DNA of 64,000 bases, taken from positions 104,656,001-104,720,000 of the forward strand of contig NC_042998.1 of NCBI RefSeq assembly GCF_006345805.1. Reading direction: 5' to 3'. Shown piece by piece: positions 12,290 through 26,779 of the stretch (positions are counted from its first letter, which is position 1; each line of letters begins with the position of its first letter). The translations under genes and the position numbers were made by a program. Below the pieces are notes generated by a model that had not been told where the DNA came from, ran no database searches, and worked only from the letters and a program-made list of their open reading frames with translations. Source of the DNA: Octopus sinensis (Eukaryota).

Positions 12290-15200
12290 CTAGGAAGGGT
12301 TCCCGACTCGTTTCACCGTCTGCTTTCAATCTTGGATTGTGATTTGGTTCAGCCCAAACTCTCTCAGATTTTGTCTGCTGTTGCCTACTCCTACAAGGAT
12401 TGCAGCTGTTTTTGTTCCTGATTTAACTCAGATTTGTCCTAGAGCCCATAGAAGATTGTTTTTGGTCAACCATCTATCATGTCAGCTACCTACAGATCGA
12501 AACTGAGATCTGCGAGAAGGGCTTCTCATCAGGATGATGGTCATACCAACGGTCATCTCAACGAGCAGTTGCTGTTGCTCAAACAAGAGGTCGAGCACCT
12601 AAAGTCTGTTGTTTCTCATTTACTGAATAAACAGTCTCCTATTGACGCAGAGCCACCCTTGATTTCTTCCCTGGAGACGTCCAAACCGAAGGGAACAAAA
12701 TCGAAGCGGCCAAAGAAGGCGAAGGAACTGGCGGTCGTTTCCGCACATGATCGTTCCTGTGCGGATTCTTCCTCATCTGCCTTTTCGGTCCCGGAGGTTC
12801 TCCAACCTAATTTGAGGAGCGTAGACTCAAACCCACCTGAAGACCGTTGTTCTCCCCAAAAGAAGAAACGTAGTCAAAACTCCAGTGGGGCAGATTTAGC
12901 TATGAAACCTGATCACGATAAAATCTGTTTGGATTCTCCCTCACTTGTCCTTCCCATTAATGCCATTTCTCAACCAATTCTGAACGATCTCGATGTGAGT
13001 TCATCTGGGGAGTGGTGCTCCCCCAAACTGAAGAAGAGGCAGTGCAGTTCCAAACCAGGCGGGAAAGTTATGACCACTAAACCCATTCCGATCGACCCCA
13101 CAGGCCGACATAAGTCTGATGGCTATGAAACCACCCTTTCGAAATCATCCAACGAAGAATCGAATGCCGCAGCTCATAGTAGAGAACAGAAAGACCATTT
13201 TGCCCACTCAAGATCAGCAATCATTTATGGTAAAGCTGAATCCACCTGTGATACAGGCATAAACCGCCTAAAAGAAGACATAAATTTTGTTTCCGTTTTA
13301 GTTGGAGAATTATTCTCTGTCAACGAAAATGTCAGTATCCATAAGGTCGCTCTGCTAGGAAGATTCCAAGCGAACTCAACCTCAGACACTAGACCACGCC
13401 CAATAAGAGTAATCTTTTCTTCCGATCAGGAGGCTTCAACCTTCTGAACAGAGCTTAGACGCATGCCTGGGAGGACCCCAATATGGGTTTTCGCGATGAA
13501 TACTCACTAAGAGAGAGAATTCGCCGGAGAAACCTAATATCCGAACTGAAGATAAGAAAACAGATGGGAGAGAAGGGTTTACGCATCCAAGATGGACAAA
13601 TAATCAAGTCGTACTTCTGGTCGCATGCTGTAGTGCTGACAGGGAAAGTGAATTGAGAGCGAATCGAAGTAAAGTAGATACCCCCGTCAATGATGCTATC
13701 TCTGATACCCCTTATCCTGCTTGTTCCCCAACTCCCGCCCCTCAAACTTCACAGCTCAGTATCGTCTATACCAACTCGTGCACCTTATTTCCAAAGTTCA
13801 GCGAACTATTTACACTGACCATGCGTGACTCCCCTGATGTGATAGCTATCACCGAGACTTGGCTGACTCCAGCAGTAAAGGACTCAGAAATCCACCTACA
13901 GGTCTACGCCCTCTTCAGATGTGACAGTGAAAAAAGGCGAGGTGGAGGTGTTGCTGTGTATGTTAAATCTGATCTCAAACCGTCCAGCGGTATTCTACCC
14001 ACTAATGCTCAACCTACAACAAAATTCGATGCCGTCTATTGCAAGCTGAGCCTATCCGGGTTTTGCCTGCCCGTGTTAGCTGTCTACAGGCCGCCTCTTG
14101 CCGACCCCCAGGACGATGCTCATTTACTCGAAGCGATAAGATTCGTTTCAGCTTCTCATGACTGTTTGATATTAGGAGACTTCAACGCTCCCACAATCGA
14201 TTGGCCCGCATCAATTTGTACATCATCTTCCCGGTTCGGCCAGGCCCTTCTTGACGTGGCTGAAGATTGTTTTCTATCGCAACATGTTGGTTATCCGACA
14301 AGGCATCGGTCTGAGCAGCAGCCATCTATGCTGGATCTGGTATTCTCCTGCTAGCCAAGATCAGTGTCAGACGTATCTGTGTGCGCCCCTCTTGCCAAGA
14401 GTGATCATGCGGTCTTGAAGTTCGTCATGCACACAACTTTTTCTACGCCCACGACTACTTCGCTGCCACGTAGAGTCTTCTCTGCAATTAATCTTGAAAT
14501 TCTAACCGAGGCTTCCGCGCTTCTGGACTGGCGATCCCTGATGACGTTGACCTCAGTTGACGAACTATGGTCGTCCCTCAAAGCATATGTAATCTGGTTG
14601 ACTGACCAGGCAGTTCCCGTTGGGCTTCCCAAGAAGAAGAAACACAAGCCCTGGGTGACGAAGAAGGTTAAACGAGAACTTCGACTCAGAGATATTGCTT
14701 GGGCTAAATTCAAAAATCTGGATTCGACTGCAGCTTTTGAGGTGTACAAAACTCAACGAGAACGAGCCGTGAAAATTGAAAAGGAAGAACGCTTCAGATA
14801 TGAATACAAAATCGCGGCAAACGCCAGTAGCAATCCAAAAACCTTCTTTGCCCATGTCCAACGGAATTCCCGCTTGAACAACCAAATTGCAACGTTGGTA
14901 GACTCAACAGGCGTATCGATTGAGGACCCTTATCAACAGAGTCAATTATTTGCCGAGGCTTTTTCAACTATTTTCAAACAAGATGATGGTCGTGAACCCC
15001 CTCCATTTGATAGATCGGTACCTCCAATGCTTCGATTGGTCATCACGCGAGACGAAGTCAAACGCGTTATTCAAGGCCTCGATGTCAACAAGGGTCACGG
15101 CCCTGACGGTATACACCCACGGGTTATCAAAGCGTTGGCTCCGGTCATCTGCGAGCCCTTAACACCTCTATTCAATATGTCATTGGCGACGGGTGTTATA

Positions 15201-16613
15201 CCTGCGGACTGGAGAACAGCGATAATCTGCCCAATTTTCAAGAAAGGGTGCCGCGAAGACCCGCTTAACTACCGACCGGTTTCCCTTACATCAATAATCA
15301 GCAAGATGTTCGAAACCATCCTTAAGAAAAGTATGATGCTCCACCTCCAAAACACAGCCTCTATCTCTGATCCCCAACACGGCTTCGTGCCGAAGAGATC
15401 ATACTTGACCAACTTACTGGTAATGGAAGAATTGGTGACGCGCATCCTCGATGATAGTGATGCTGTTGACATCGTTTTATTGGACTTTGCCAAAGCTTTT
15501 GACTCGGTAAACCACCGCCTATTACTTGTCAAGCTTTAAGCATATAGTTTCCATCCGGATATTGTACGGTGGGTTGGTGCCTTCCTCTCAGATCGCTCCT
15601 TCCAAGTCCAAGTTAATGGTTCGCGGTCCGACGTCTCCAGTGCGAGCAGTGGCGTGCCTCAAGGTTCAGTGCTTGGGCCCTTATTGTTCTTAGTCTTCAT
15701 AAATGACTTGCCCGACGACCTCACGCAACACACCCTTCTATTTGCCGACGATGTCAAACTGGTCGCTCCTTGCGGTGATATAGAGGATCTTCGTCGATGC
15801 CTCCACCAAATTTGGAGGTGGTCTAACGAGTGGGACCTGTGTCTGAACTTGTCAAAGTGCTGTCATCTGACTGTTGGCTCTCCTCCAGCAACTCAACTTG
15901 ATTTCGAGCCGGGTCGTCTGCTGCTGGAGAGGACCGATCAGGTAAAGAACCTGGGTATCTTGGTGGATTCCTCCTTTTCGTCCTCGGCCCAGTGCGTCCA
16001 TGCTGCCAACAAAGCACGCGGAATTCTGTTCGTGATTCGACGGTCATTCGGAATGCTCACAGCAGCCATATTCCTACCGCTCTATGTCACGCTGGTGAGA
16101 CCCATATTGGAGTACGGGATTCAAGCCTCTTCTCCTTATCTCCTCAAAGACATACAGCATCTCGAAAGAGTCCAGAAGCTGGCTACCCGCATGGTTCATG
16201 GTCTCAAGAATTTGTCTTATGAAGAAAGGCTGAAGACGCTCGACCTTTATTCTCTAGAAAAACGCCACCGCTGTGGTGATCTCATTCTCGCTCACAACAT
16301 CATAAGCGGAAAGTGTAACCTCTCGAAAGAGCTGTTCTTCACTCCTGCTCCAGAGCGTCGGCTGCGGGGTCATTCCGAAAAGCTCTATCTGCGATGATTT
16401 CATCTCAATCGAAGGAGAGGGGCTTTCCCCGTCCGTGGAACAAGCTGCCAGACGAGATGGTGAAGATGCCGACGACCGCTTTGTTCAGTCTCCCTTGACC
16501 TCAAGTGGCCTGAACTCTTTACATGAACACCACCCTGTACATAACTCCATGTCCCCCTACATGGCCTTGCTTTTTGCTTTTTGAGCCAAAAAATTAACTA
16601 ACTAACTAACTAA
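12290..16613 (+). mobile_element. near-full-length CR1/L2-group LINE (ORF1; ORF2 APE+RT) with an (AACT)n tail
   Basis: ORF1 12479-13447 (RPRPIRV). APE 13653-14354 (IAITETWL, LILGDFNAP, LDLVFS). RT 14364-16397 (GPDGIHP, NYRPVSLT, LDFAKAFD, PQGSVLGP, FADD). Tail at 16596-16613. Only a few stops interrupt ORF2. The 5' boundary is approximate. Confidence 0.92.
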
Positions 16614-16635
16614 ATACAAAGCAGAAGCCAAACAC

Positions 16636-16683
<48 letters not shown>

Positions 16684-16697
16684 TAATAATAATAATA

Positions 16698-17224
16698 CTC
16701 ATGGCTTCTGATCTTAACTGATTTGAAGTGTTATCATGTACATTGTTTTGTCTTGGTATAAAAGATGGGCTACAGCAAATATTCTGCTCAATACCACAGA
16801 TTTGCTTGTCAGTTGTTTGACCTTAACCAGTTGAGCATGTCCCTTAGTGGCTGACGATATGTGCATCTCTGATCACGAGCAGAAGTAGTGGGGGAGCATC
16901 ATAGCCATGTGTTGAGAGGGATTCTTTGGGGTTTGAATAATTCACCTCTGGAAACATGGGTGGTTCTTTCAACATCCTTAAACAACCCTTATTCAGGGAC
17001 CTTTTGAGCAGGATGGGCTATTCAACCTGAAGAAAATTCTAACTGGGCCCCATCTGCAAGGTCATGTGCTGTTTATCTTGATATGAGATCACTATGTCGC
17101 GCTCATATGGTTGTGATGCATGTGCCTGGTGTACCCTTATCAGACGGGTAGTCATGATGGGTATATTGGGCTTCGTATATTTTACCTCAGTGTCACTTTG
17201 ATGGCATGAACTACTCTCTCACTC
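16698..17224 (+). mobile_element. ~530-bp non-coding interspersed repeat bounded by (AAT)n, copy 1
   Basis: Aligns with 25531-26084 and 27512-27943. Confidence 0.85.
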
Positions 17225-17425
17225 AATAATAATAATAATAATAATAATAATATAAAGACCAACTAGTTTAAAAAGGAAATGAAAGAGCAAATAATTTAAC
17301 GATATAATGGATAAGGAAATGAAAGAGGAAATGAGGATGGAGTATTTCCGAAGACTGAGGTTGGTGTTGCGCTGATAGCATCGCTCCGGTATTGAGTGGG
17401 AATTATAAAATAGCAAAAGAGATAA

Positions 17426-19600
17426 ATGAAGAAAATGGATAACGACGAAAAGGGGCGACAGATTTTATACCAAGAATTTCCTAAATATTATACCTGGAAC
17501 AATAAAACCAAGTCGAAGCAAAAACGAAAACGAGGTACAACAGATGATAATCGTCACGTCAAAACTGGTAATATCGGACGAATCCCAATCGTATCATATA
17601 GTGCTCACCAGTCAGAACTATTTCACCTTCGGATACTCTTTCACTATATAAGGTGCGACCAGCTTTGCTGAACTGAAGATCGTGGAGGGAAATGTATGTT
17701 CAACATTTCAGGAGGCCTGCATAAAAACTGGTCTGATATCGGACGACCAAAAAATACACCGTGCAATGGAGGAAGTAGCTAGTATTCGCTTCGGAGATTC
17801 ACTACGCGACTTCTTCGCCATCATGTTTATTTACTGCCGGCCACCTTATCCGATGAACTTTCGGGAAGAGTGGAAAACTGAACTAGGACGAGATCTCATG
17901 CAAAGAAACAATATTAAAGATCTTACCCCTCGCATTGGAAATGAAATATAGATTCGTCTGCAGGAGCAACTGCAAAGAGATAAACTTTACCTGGTTCGAG
18001 ATTTCCTGCTGCCTCAACCAGAATATAACGATGCCAAAGATTATCGCAGAAAAATGTTACGATGACACAGAGTGTCTTCGAATAGTGTCTATTGACGTCT
18101 ACAATACTGACCAGAAGCACAACTTTGATATGGTTGTGAACTCAGTTTTACAACAGGAAAACAAGGTTTTCGCTTTGAGCACGAATGGTGGAACTGGAAA
18201 AACATATCTTATCAATGCCATCATAGATTTTATACGTTCGGAGAAAAAAATCGTACTCGCCACATCTCTTAGGATTGCGGCAACATTGCTGCCCAATGAC
18301 CGGACATTTCATTCTCGGTTCATAGTGCCCATAAACATAACACCGGAGTCCTGCTGCATCTCAGAATGCAACTGCACAACTCTTCAGAATGACCAGTCAA
18401 GGCGACAAGCTCATCTACGAATACTTGGATCGTTCTCTATGCGATATCAGAGCCAACGAATCTCTGTTTGGAGGAGTATTTGTTCTTTTTGTAGGCGAGA
18501 GGAAGCAGATTCTACATTTTGTTAAACGTGGTAGTCGAGCCCAAATAGTGCAAGCCACTTTGAAAACATCGTACATCTGGAGTTCTTTGACAGAGTGTAG
18601 TCTAAAGAAAAACATGAGGGTACGAAATTATTTAGATGCAACTTTTGCAACCTTTTTAAAGCGACATCGGTTCCGGACAATGTTCGTTCTCCGACCCACT
18701 GAGGAATGTGTTTCAAATTCGGCTAGAATGCAAATTCGTCTTTAATGATTTAAGTGAAAACTACAAAATCGTATCATGGCTGTGTTCGCGAGCTGTCATC
18801 GCCTCAACCAATGAAGTGGTAAACTGTGAATGAGCAGATTATTTGCAGCTTCCCTGGGGAAAGTCGAGAGTACTATAGTTCGGATACAACAGATATATTT
18901 GTTTACTACCCACAAGGGGCTAAACATAGAGGGGACAAACAAGGACAGACAAAGGAATTAAGTCGATTACATCGACCCCAGTGCGAAACTGGTACTTAAT
19001 TTATCGACCCCGAAAGGATGAAAGGCAAAGTCGACCTCGGTGGAATTTGAACTCAGAGTGTAACGGCAGACGAAATACGGCTACGCATTTCGCCCGGTGT
19101 GCTAACGTGTTCGGATACAACAGATGACGAAACTTACCACCAGTACCCACGGGATTTCTTGAACAACTTAAATCCATCGGAATTGCCACCCCATAAAATC
19201 CAATTGAAAAAAACTGTCCGATAATGTTCCTTAGGAATCTTGATCCAGCCAACGGACATTGCAATGGAACGAGATGCAAGGTAGAAGAACTAAATTCCAA
19301 TGTTATCGAAGCAGTGATTGCAACTGGCCCCCATAATGGTAAACGCCTGTTCATTCCGCGATACCTCCTTATACTAACCGATAACCAGTTTTCGTTCCAA
19401 GTAAGACGCGGGCAGTTTCCTATGTAACTGGCATTCTCATTCCCAGCAAACAAGGCACAGGGCCAGACTTTAGACCGTGTAGGTGTATTTTTACCCACTG
19501 CAATGTTTATACACGGCCAGTTATAAGTCGCTATGAGTAGACTATCTTGAAAATTAGTGTCGACCACACACAAAATAATGTCTACAAAGACGTTTTGCAA
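17426..19600 (+). mobile_element. Helitron RepHel C-terminal half (PIF1-like helicase), pseudogenised
   Basis: LYQEFPKYYTW, STFQEAC, GGTGKTYL, GSRAQIV, LRNLDP..CNGTR, QFPM.LAF, KAQGQTLDRVG and HGQL.VAMSR across frameshifts. Confidence 0.9.
18895..19108 (-). mobile_element. tRNA-derived SINE inserted in the Helitron, with a 17-bp TSD
   Basis: GTTCGGATACAACAGAT at 18878-18894 and 19109-19125. B-box-like GAGTTCAAATTCC on the minus strand. Confidence 0.9.
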
Positions 19601-19709
19601 TCATTAAAATCCATTTATATATTTTTCAGTACATATTGCTGTTATGATTTCCCTCCCACATTTTATGTTTCCATCGTAGATGGATAGATTTGCTAATAGT
19701 AGTAGTAGA

Positions 19710-19750
<41 letters not shown>

Positions 19751-19764
19751 TAATAATAATAATA

Positions 19765-19833
<69 letters not shown>

Positions 19834-22800
19834 GCATTACGACCCATCAACACCAGATCATCTCCGACCCCAAATACCATGTACAAAAAAAACTACGAAG
19901 AAATCAAATAACACCGATATTATTCAACCCAATAATAGCAATCGGGAAGTACGTACATTAAACTTACAACATAAAATGTACGAAAAACTACACGTGCAAA
20001 ACAATGTGACAACAGAAATGAACGGACCGGTACCCTACGAAAATGACGACCGTCAAAATAATGGGCCGGACGTTGCTCCTCATATCCCGCAAATAAAACC
20101 CAAAAGACATAAATGGACACGTGAGGAATACATTTCTATCCTACATGCTTATTTTACAGCAGTGCTCTACCCAAAGAATGAAAATACAACAACACATACA
20201 TATAAAATATGGAAGGAAAACAACATAAATATAGACTTGGATACAGCAATGAAACCTAACAAACTAGCTAACGTACGAAGATACATTCTCAACGCAAAAA
20301 AAATATCAGAAATAGAAATAGAACATCTAATAGAAAAATACATCAGGAAAATGTAGATAGAAGCCACACGACAATGCCCAATAATATAAACACTGAAACA
20401 GTAAAACACGAAGACGAATGTAACACTCCCAACACGACAAACAAACATACAAATAAGAAAGAAAACGACACAAATCTAAAACCTGGAAACAATGAAGGGG
20501 AGCCTAATGAATATGATAATATAAAAAGTAGAATAATCAAAGAACTGAAAACCACAGAGCTCAAAATGGACCACCGACCATACCTCCCAAAAATCAAAAT
20601 AGACGAAACAACAACACCAATTATAAACAGCATTAACCTAGCCGTCACGGAACTAATAGCCACTGAAACAAAAAGCGATATCACTGTGCTAAATAACTTA
20701 GTATACGCAGCAGCCACTGCAGCCACAAAAGAAGCTGGATACTCACTCAAACCCGTCCAAACAGGAACCCCACCACCCAAACAAACCCTGTGGATAAATA
20801 ACATCCAAAACGAAATACAAAAAATAAGAAAAGATCTGTAGATTCTTAATGAAATCAGTAGACAATCAACGCTACTGAGCAACAAAAAGAAAACAAAAAT
20901 ACTCCGCAAATACAACATCACACAAAAAGATTTACCTGAGATAAAAGAAAAGCTAAAGCAAGATATCCTTGCCAAAGCACAAAGGATCCGCCGCTACGAG
21001 AAACGCCAGCGCTTCTTTGAACAAAACAAAAAGTTCAACTCCAACCCCCAAAAGTTCTACCAAGAACTTGGCAAAAATAAAATAGAAATCACTGCAGCAC
21101 CAACGACAGAAGAAGTGGAATAATTCTGGAGAGAAATATGGTCGGCGAACGAACAACCAAAGCAAAAGGAGTATGAAAACAACAAACTCAGCATCTGAGC
21201 AACTTTGGACCCCCATAACAACTGAAGAGGTCACCCAGGCACTGCAAAGACTAAGCAACTGGAAGGTACCTGGGCATGACAAGATCCTGTTAGATATTTC
21301 AACTTCTGGTTGAAATATCTAACAGGAATGCACAAAAAGCTGGCTGAAAATTTTAACAACGTACTAGCAGAGCCAGAGACAATGCCTGAATGACTCACGA
21401 AGGGGAAAACCATCTTAATTCCCAAATCAAATGAGACAGAAAAACCAGAAAACTACAGACCAATAACCTGTCTCCCTACGATATACAAGGCATTTACTGC
21501 AGTGATATCGCAAAGGTTGAACAAGCACCTGGACGAAAACAACCTGTTTCCAGAAGAGCAGAAAGGATGCCGCAAAGGCTCATACGGCTGTAAAGATCAA
21601 CTAATGATCAATAAAGCCACAACTGAAGACAGCCACAGAAAGAAGAAAGGCCTCAGTATGGCCTGGATTGATTACAAAAAGGCGTTTGATAGCATCCCCC
21701 ACACATGGATCCGCGAAACACTAGCCATTAACAAAGTAGCACCAACAATTATAAAATTCATTGGGCACTCTATGAATAAATGGCAAACTGTGCTACAGCT
21801 CCAAACAAAAGAGGGACTCATGAAAACCAAAGCCATCCCCATTAGAAGAGGAATATTCCAGGGAGACACGATCTCTCCACTTCTTTTATGCTTGGCACTG
21901 TCACCTCTATCTGATATGCTAAATAGAACTGGATGTGGATATAAATGTTACGGCAAAACGATCAGCCACCTTTTATATATGGATGACCTAAAACTATACG
22001 CTGCAAATGACAAACAGCTGGAAACACTATTAAAGACAGTTCATGGATTTACCAAAGAAATAGATATGAAATTTGGATTAGAAAAATGCGCCAAAGTAAC
22101 CATGAAAACAGGAAAACTAGTTAAGAGTAACAACATCACACTAGATAAAACCAATGAAATAAAAGAATTAGACCAAAGCCAAACTTACAAATACTTAGGA
22201 ATCCATGAACTAGATAAGACACAACACACACAAATGAAAGAGAAAATAAAAAAAAGAATATTATAGACGAGTTAGATCAATACTAAAAACAGAGCTCAAT
22301 GCTAAAAACAAGATAATAGGTATCAACACTTTAGCTGTCCCAGTTATAAGTTACAGCTACAATATCCTTAACTGGACACTAAATGAACTGACCAAAATAG
22401 ATAGGAAAACAAGAAAAATACTGACAGGATCTAGGATGCATCACCCAAAATTTGACATAGAAAGACTATATATACAACGTATAGAAGGTGGTAGAGGCCT
22501 TATACAGCTGGAAAACTACTATAAAATAACCACCATAGGACTGCAAAAATATTTACTTCAGAAGGAAGAAAACTGATCCAGATAGCGGCAAAACACGAGC
22601 AAAACAAAACACTGTTCTCAGTATTTAAGGAAGCTGACAAATACAAACAAGAAATCATACCACCTAACAAATATAAAGAAGAAGAAGAAGATGAAGAAAC
22701 AACAAAAGCTATAAAACAAATGAAATCCAAACTAAAACCAGAACAGCAAAGAACCATGATAAAACGATGGCAAGAAAAACCCCTTCATGGTAAATACTGG

Positions 22801-23631
22801 ACTAAACTAAATGCAAAAGAAATAGACAAAGAAAAATTCCAGCAATGGTTGAGAAGCTCAGGATTCAAAGCAGAGACAGAGGGATTTTTAATTGCAGCAC
22901 AAGACCAAAGCCTCCCCACCAGAAATTACCAAAAACATGTAATGAAAAGAAATATAACAAGTAACTGCAGAATATGTGGAGATGGACAAGAAACAATAAC
23001 TCATATTATCTCTAGCTGCCCAGTCCTGGCTAAGAAGGAATATATTCACAGACATGACAGAGTTAGAACCTACATACACTGGAAGCTATGTCAACATTAT
23101 GGAATAACAACAGAAAAAAGATGGTATAGGCACACACCAGAAAAGGTCACAGAAAACGAGAAAGCAACCATACTCTGGGATATGCCGATACACACAGATA
23201 GAGAAATTAAGGCCAACAGACCAGATATAGTTGTCAGAGATCATGAAGAAAAAAATGCTTTCTAAATGATGTATCAATACCGGCAGATGACAACGTGTCT
23301 CTAAAAGAAATGGAGAAACTTTCAAAATACAAAGACCTGGAAATTGAGGTAACCAGAATGTGGAATCTAAAGACAGAAACAATTCCTATCATAGTAGGTG
23401 CATTAGGCATGATAAAAAAATATTCAGACAAATACATAACAAAAACACCAGGACTTACAAACACATATAACATACAGAAAATTGCACTACTAGGCACTGC
23501 ACACATCCTACGCAGAACACACTTTCCATACAATAACCATCAGAGCATCACAACACATCACAACACATACCCAAGGCACACAAAGATGCGCTCGGTAGTG
23601 AAGTGAAAGCACGCTATAAAAAATAAAACTA

Positions 23632-23634
<3 letters not shown>
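19834..23634 (+). mobile_element. near-full-length R4/Dong-clade LINE (RT + RLE) inserted in (TAA)n, inactivated
   Basis: RHKWTREE N-terminus; EQKGCRKGSYGCKDQL, WIDYKKAFDS, GIFQGD, LLYMDDLKLYA; CRICG..ETITHIISSC, RHDRV, PDIVV..KYKDL. (AAT)n on both sides. Confidence 0.92.
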
Positions 23635-23675
<41 letters not shown>

Positions 23676-23679
23676 TAAT

Positions 23680-23778
<99 letters not shown>
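23635..23778. repeat. (AAT)n(AAC)n(AAT)n array; others at 16636-16695, 19695-19833, 27947-28027, 28185-28290
   Basis: Direct inspection. Confidence 0.98.
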
Positions 23779-25506
23779 CTATCTGATATGCTAAATAGAA
23801 CTGGATGCGGATATAAATGTTACGGCAAAACGATCAGCCACCTTTTATATATGGATGACCTAAAACTATACGCTGCAAATGACAAACAGCTGGAAACACT
23901 ATTAAAGACAGTTCATGGATTTACCAAAGAAATAGATATGAAATTTGGATTAGAAAAATGCGCCAAAGTAACCATGAAAAGAGGAAAACTAGTTAAGAGT
24001 AACAACATCACACTAGATAAAACCAATGACATAAAAGAATTAGACCAAAGCCAAACTTACAAATACTTAGGAATCCATGAACTAGATAAGACACAACACA
24101 CACAAATGAAAGAGAAAATAAAAAAAAAGAATATTATAGACGAGTTAGATCAATATTAAACACAGAGCTCAATGCTAAAAACAAGATAATAGGTATCAAC
24201 ACTTTAGCTGTCCCAGTTATAAGTTACAGCTACAATATCCTTAACTGGACACGAAATGAACTGACCAAAATAGATAGGAAAACAAGAAAAATAATGACAG
24301 GATCTAGGATGCATCACCCAAAATCTGACATAGAAAGACTATATATACAACGTATAGAAGGTGGTAGAGGCCTTATACAGCTGGAAAACTACTATAAAAT
24401 AACCACCATAGGACTGCAAAAATATCTACTTCAGAAGGAAGGAAAACTGATCCAGATAGCGGCAAAACACGAGCAAAACAAAGAACTGTTCTCAGTATTT
24501 AAGGAAGCTGACAAATACAAACAAGAAATCATACCACCTAATAAACATGAAGTAGAAGAAGAAGATGAAGAAACAACAAAACCTATAAAACAAATGAAAT
24601 CCAAACTAAAAATAGAACAGCAACGAACCATGATAAAACGATGGCAAGAAAAGCCCCTTCATGGTAAATACTGGACTAAACTAAACGCAAAAGAAATAGA
24701 CAAAGAAAAATCCCAGCAATGGTTGAGAAGCTCAGGACTCAAAGCAGAAACAGAGGGATTTTTAAATTGCAGCACAAGACCAAAGCCTCCCCACCAGAAA
24801 TTACCAAAAACATGTAATGAAAAGAAATATAACAAGTAACTGCAGAATATGTGGAGATGGACAAGAAACAATAAATCATATTATCTCTAGCTGCCCAGTC
24901 TTGGCTAAGAAGGAATATATTCACAGACATGACAGAGTTGGAACCTACATACATTGGAAGCTATGCCAACATTATGGAATAACAACAGAAAAAAGATGGT
25001 ATAGGCACACACCAGAAAAGGTCACAGAAAACGAGAAAGCAACCATACTCTGGGATATGCCGATACACACAGATAGAGAAATTAAGGCCAACAGACCAGA
25101 TATAGTTGTCAGAGATCATGAAGAAAAAAATTCTTTCTAATTGATGTATCAATACCGACTGATGACAACGTGTCTCTAAAAGAAATGGAGAAACTCTCAA
25201 AATACAAAGACCTGGAAATTGAGGTAACTAGAATGTGGAATCTGAAAACAGAAACAATTCCTATCATAGTAGGTGCATTAGGCATGATAAAAAAATATTC
25301 AGACAAATACATAACAAAAACACCAGGACTTACAAACACATATAACATACAGAAAATTGCACTACTAGGCACTGCACACATCCTACGTAGAACACTTTCC
25401 ATACAATAACCATCAGAGCATCACAACAAATCACAGCACATACCCAAGGCACACAGAGCTGCGCTCGGCAGTGAAGTGAAAGCACGCTATAAAAAGAAAA
25501 CTACTG
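23779..25506 (+). mobile_element. 5'-truncated second copy of the same R4/Dong element
   Basis: Matches 21907-23634 at high identity, has the same 3' end (..AAACTACTG|AATAAT) and carries different lesions. Confidence 0.95.
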
Positions 25507-25530
25507 AATAATAATAATAATAATAATAAT

Positions 25531-26084
25531 GAGATACAGTACCAGGCAGTGGCTCTCATGGCTTCTGATCTTAACTGATTGGAAGTGTTATCACGTACAT
25601 TGTTTGTCTTGGTATAAAAGATGGGCTACAGCAAATATTCTGCTCAATACCACAGATTTTGCTTGTCAATTGCTTGATTTTAACTATTTGATTGAGCATG
25701 TCCCTCAGTGGCTGAGAATATGTGCATCTCTGATCACGAGCAGAAGTAGTGAGGGAGCATCATAGCCATGTGTTGAGAGGAATTCTTTGGGGTTCGAATA
25801 ATTCACCTCTGGAAAGTTGGGTGTTTTGTTCATCATCCTCAAACAAACCTTATTTAAGGACCTTTCGATTTGGATGGGCTACTCCACTTGAAGAAAATTT
25901 TAACAGGGCCCCACCTGCAAGGTTATACGTTGTTAATCTTGATATAAGGTCACCTTGTGCACATATGGCAGTGACTCGAGCAGACCGGAGTACCCTTATC
26001 AGACGGGTAGTCATGATGGGTATAATGGGTTTCGTATATTTTTATCTCAGTGCCACTTTGATGGCATGCACTGCTCTCTCACTC
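25531..26084 (+). mobile_element. ~530-bp repeat, copy 2 (longest)
   Basis: Same 3' end CTCTCTCACTC as copy 1; preceded by (AAT)n. Confidence 0.85.
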
Positions 26085-26109
26085 AGTAGTAATAAGGCAT
26101 CATCGAAAA

Positions 26110-26470
26110 TGATAATGCAAAGATTCTGTGGGATTTTATGATCCAGTGCCACCATGAGATAGAGAATAGGAAGCTGGACATAGTCTTAATTGAGAAAGAA
26201 AACAAACGAAGCTGGATCATAGACATAGCATGCCCAGCTGACAACAAGGTATGCCATAAGGAAGAAAGAAAAGTCGAGAGATATGACAAGTTAGCTTGGG
26301 AAGTTAAGCAGTTGTGGTCTATGAAAAAGGTAGCAGTAGTACCAATAATTGTCGGAGCCCTGGGAACAGTGAGCAAAAATCTCGAGAGGTACGTGGAACA
26401 AATATAGACTGCAATAAGGATGGAGCACTTGCCGAAAACAGCACTACTTGGACCCGCTCGAAGCAGAAAT
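26110..26470 (+). mobile_element. RLE LINE 3' fragment (different family)
   Basis: ORF 26138-26407 LDIVLIEK..IIDIACP..KVERYDKL..PIIVGALG. Confidence 0.8.
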
Positions 26471-26779
26471 GGAAGGTTTTGTTATTGCAGCGCGCGATTA
26501 GAGCTTACCTACCAGAAACTGCCATGCAAAAGTCCTTAAATATGGATCTGACTTCCTCGTGCAGAATAGCGATACCCTTTATGTTTGACTCTCGTAGCTA
26601 CCACTTCTTAGCGATCTCGATTCTCAGGTCTCCATATTTATCAATCTTTTCTCTTTTTATTGTTTATGGTTTCCTTTCATTATAATTTTATTTCAGCTGC
26701 CGTATTACCAGGCATCCACTGAAGGCCAAGAGTAGAAAGGGCACTTTTGTTTTACTATGTTTACTAAAATTATCACCGC

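Noticed and set aside
19671-19695. CCATC-GTA-GATGG hairpin as the Helitron 3' terminus
   Set aside because: Only a 5-bp stem and no clear CTRR end.
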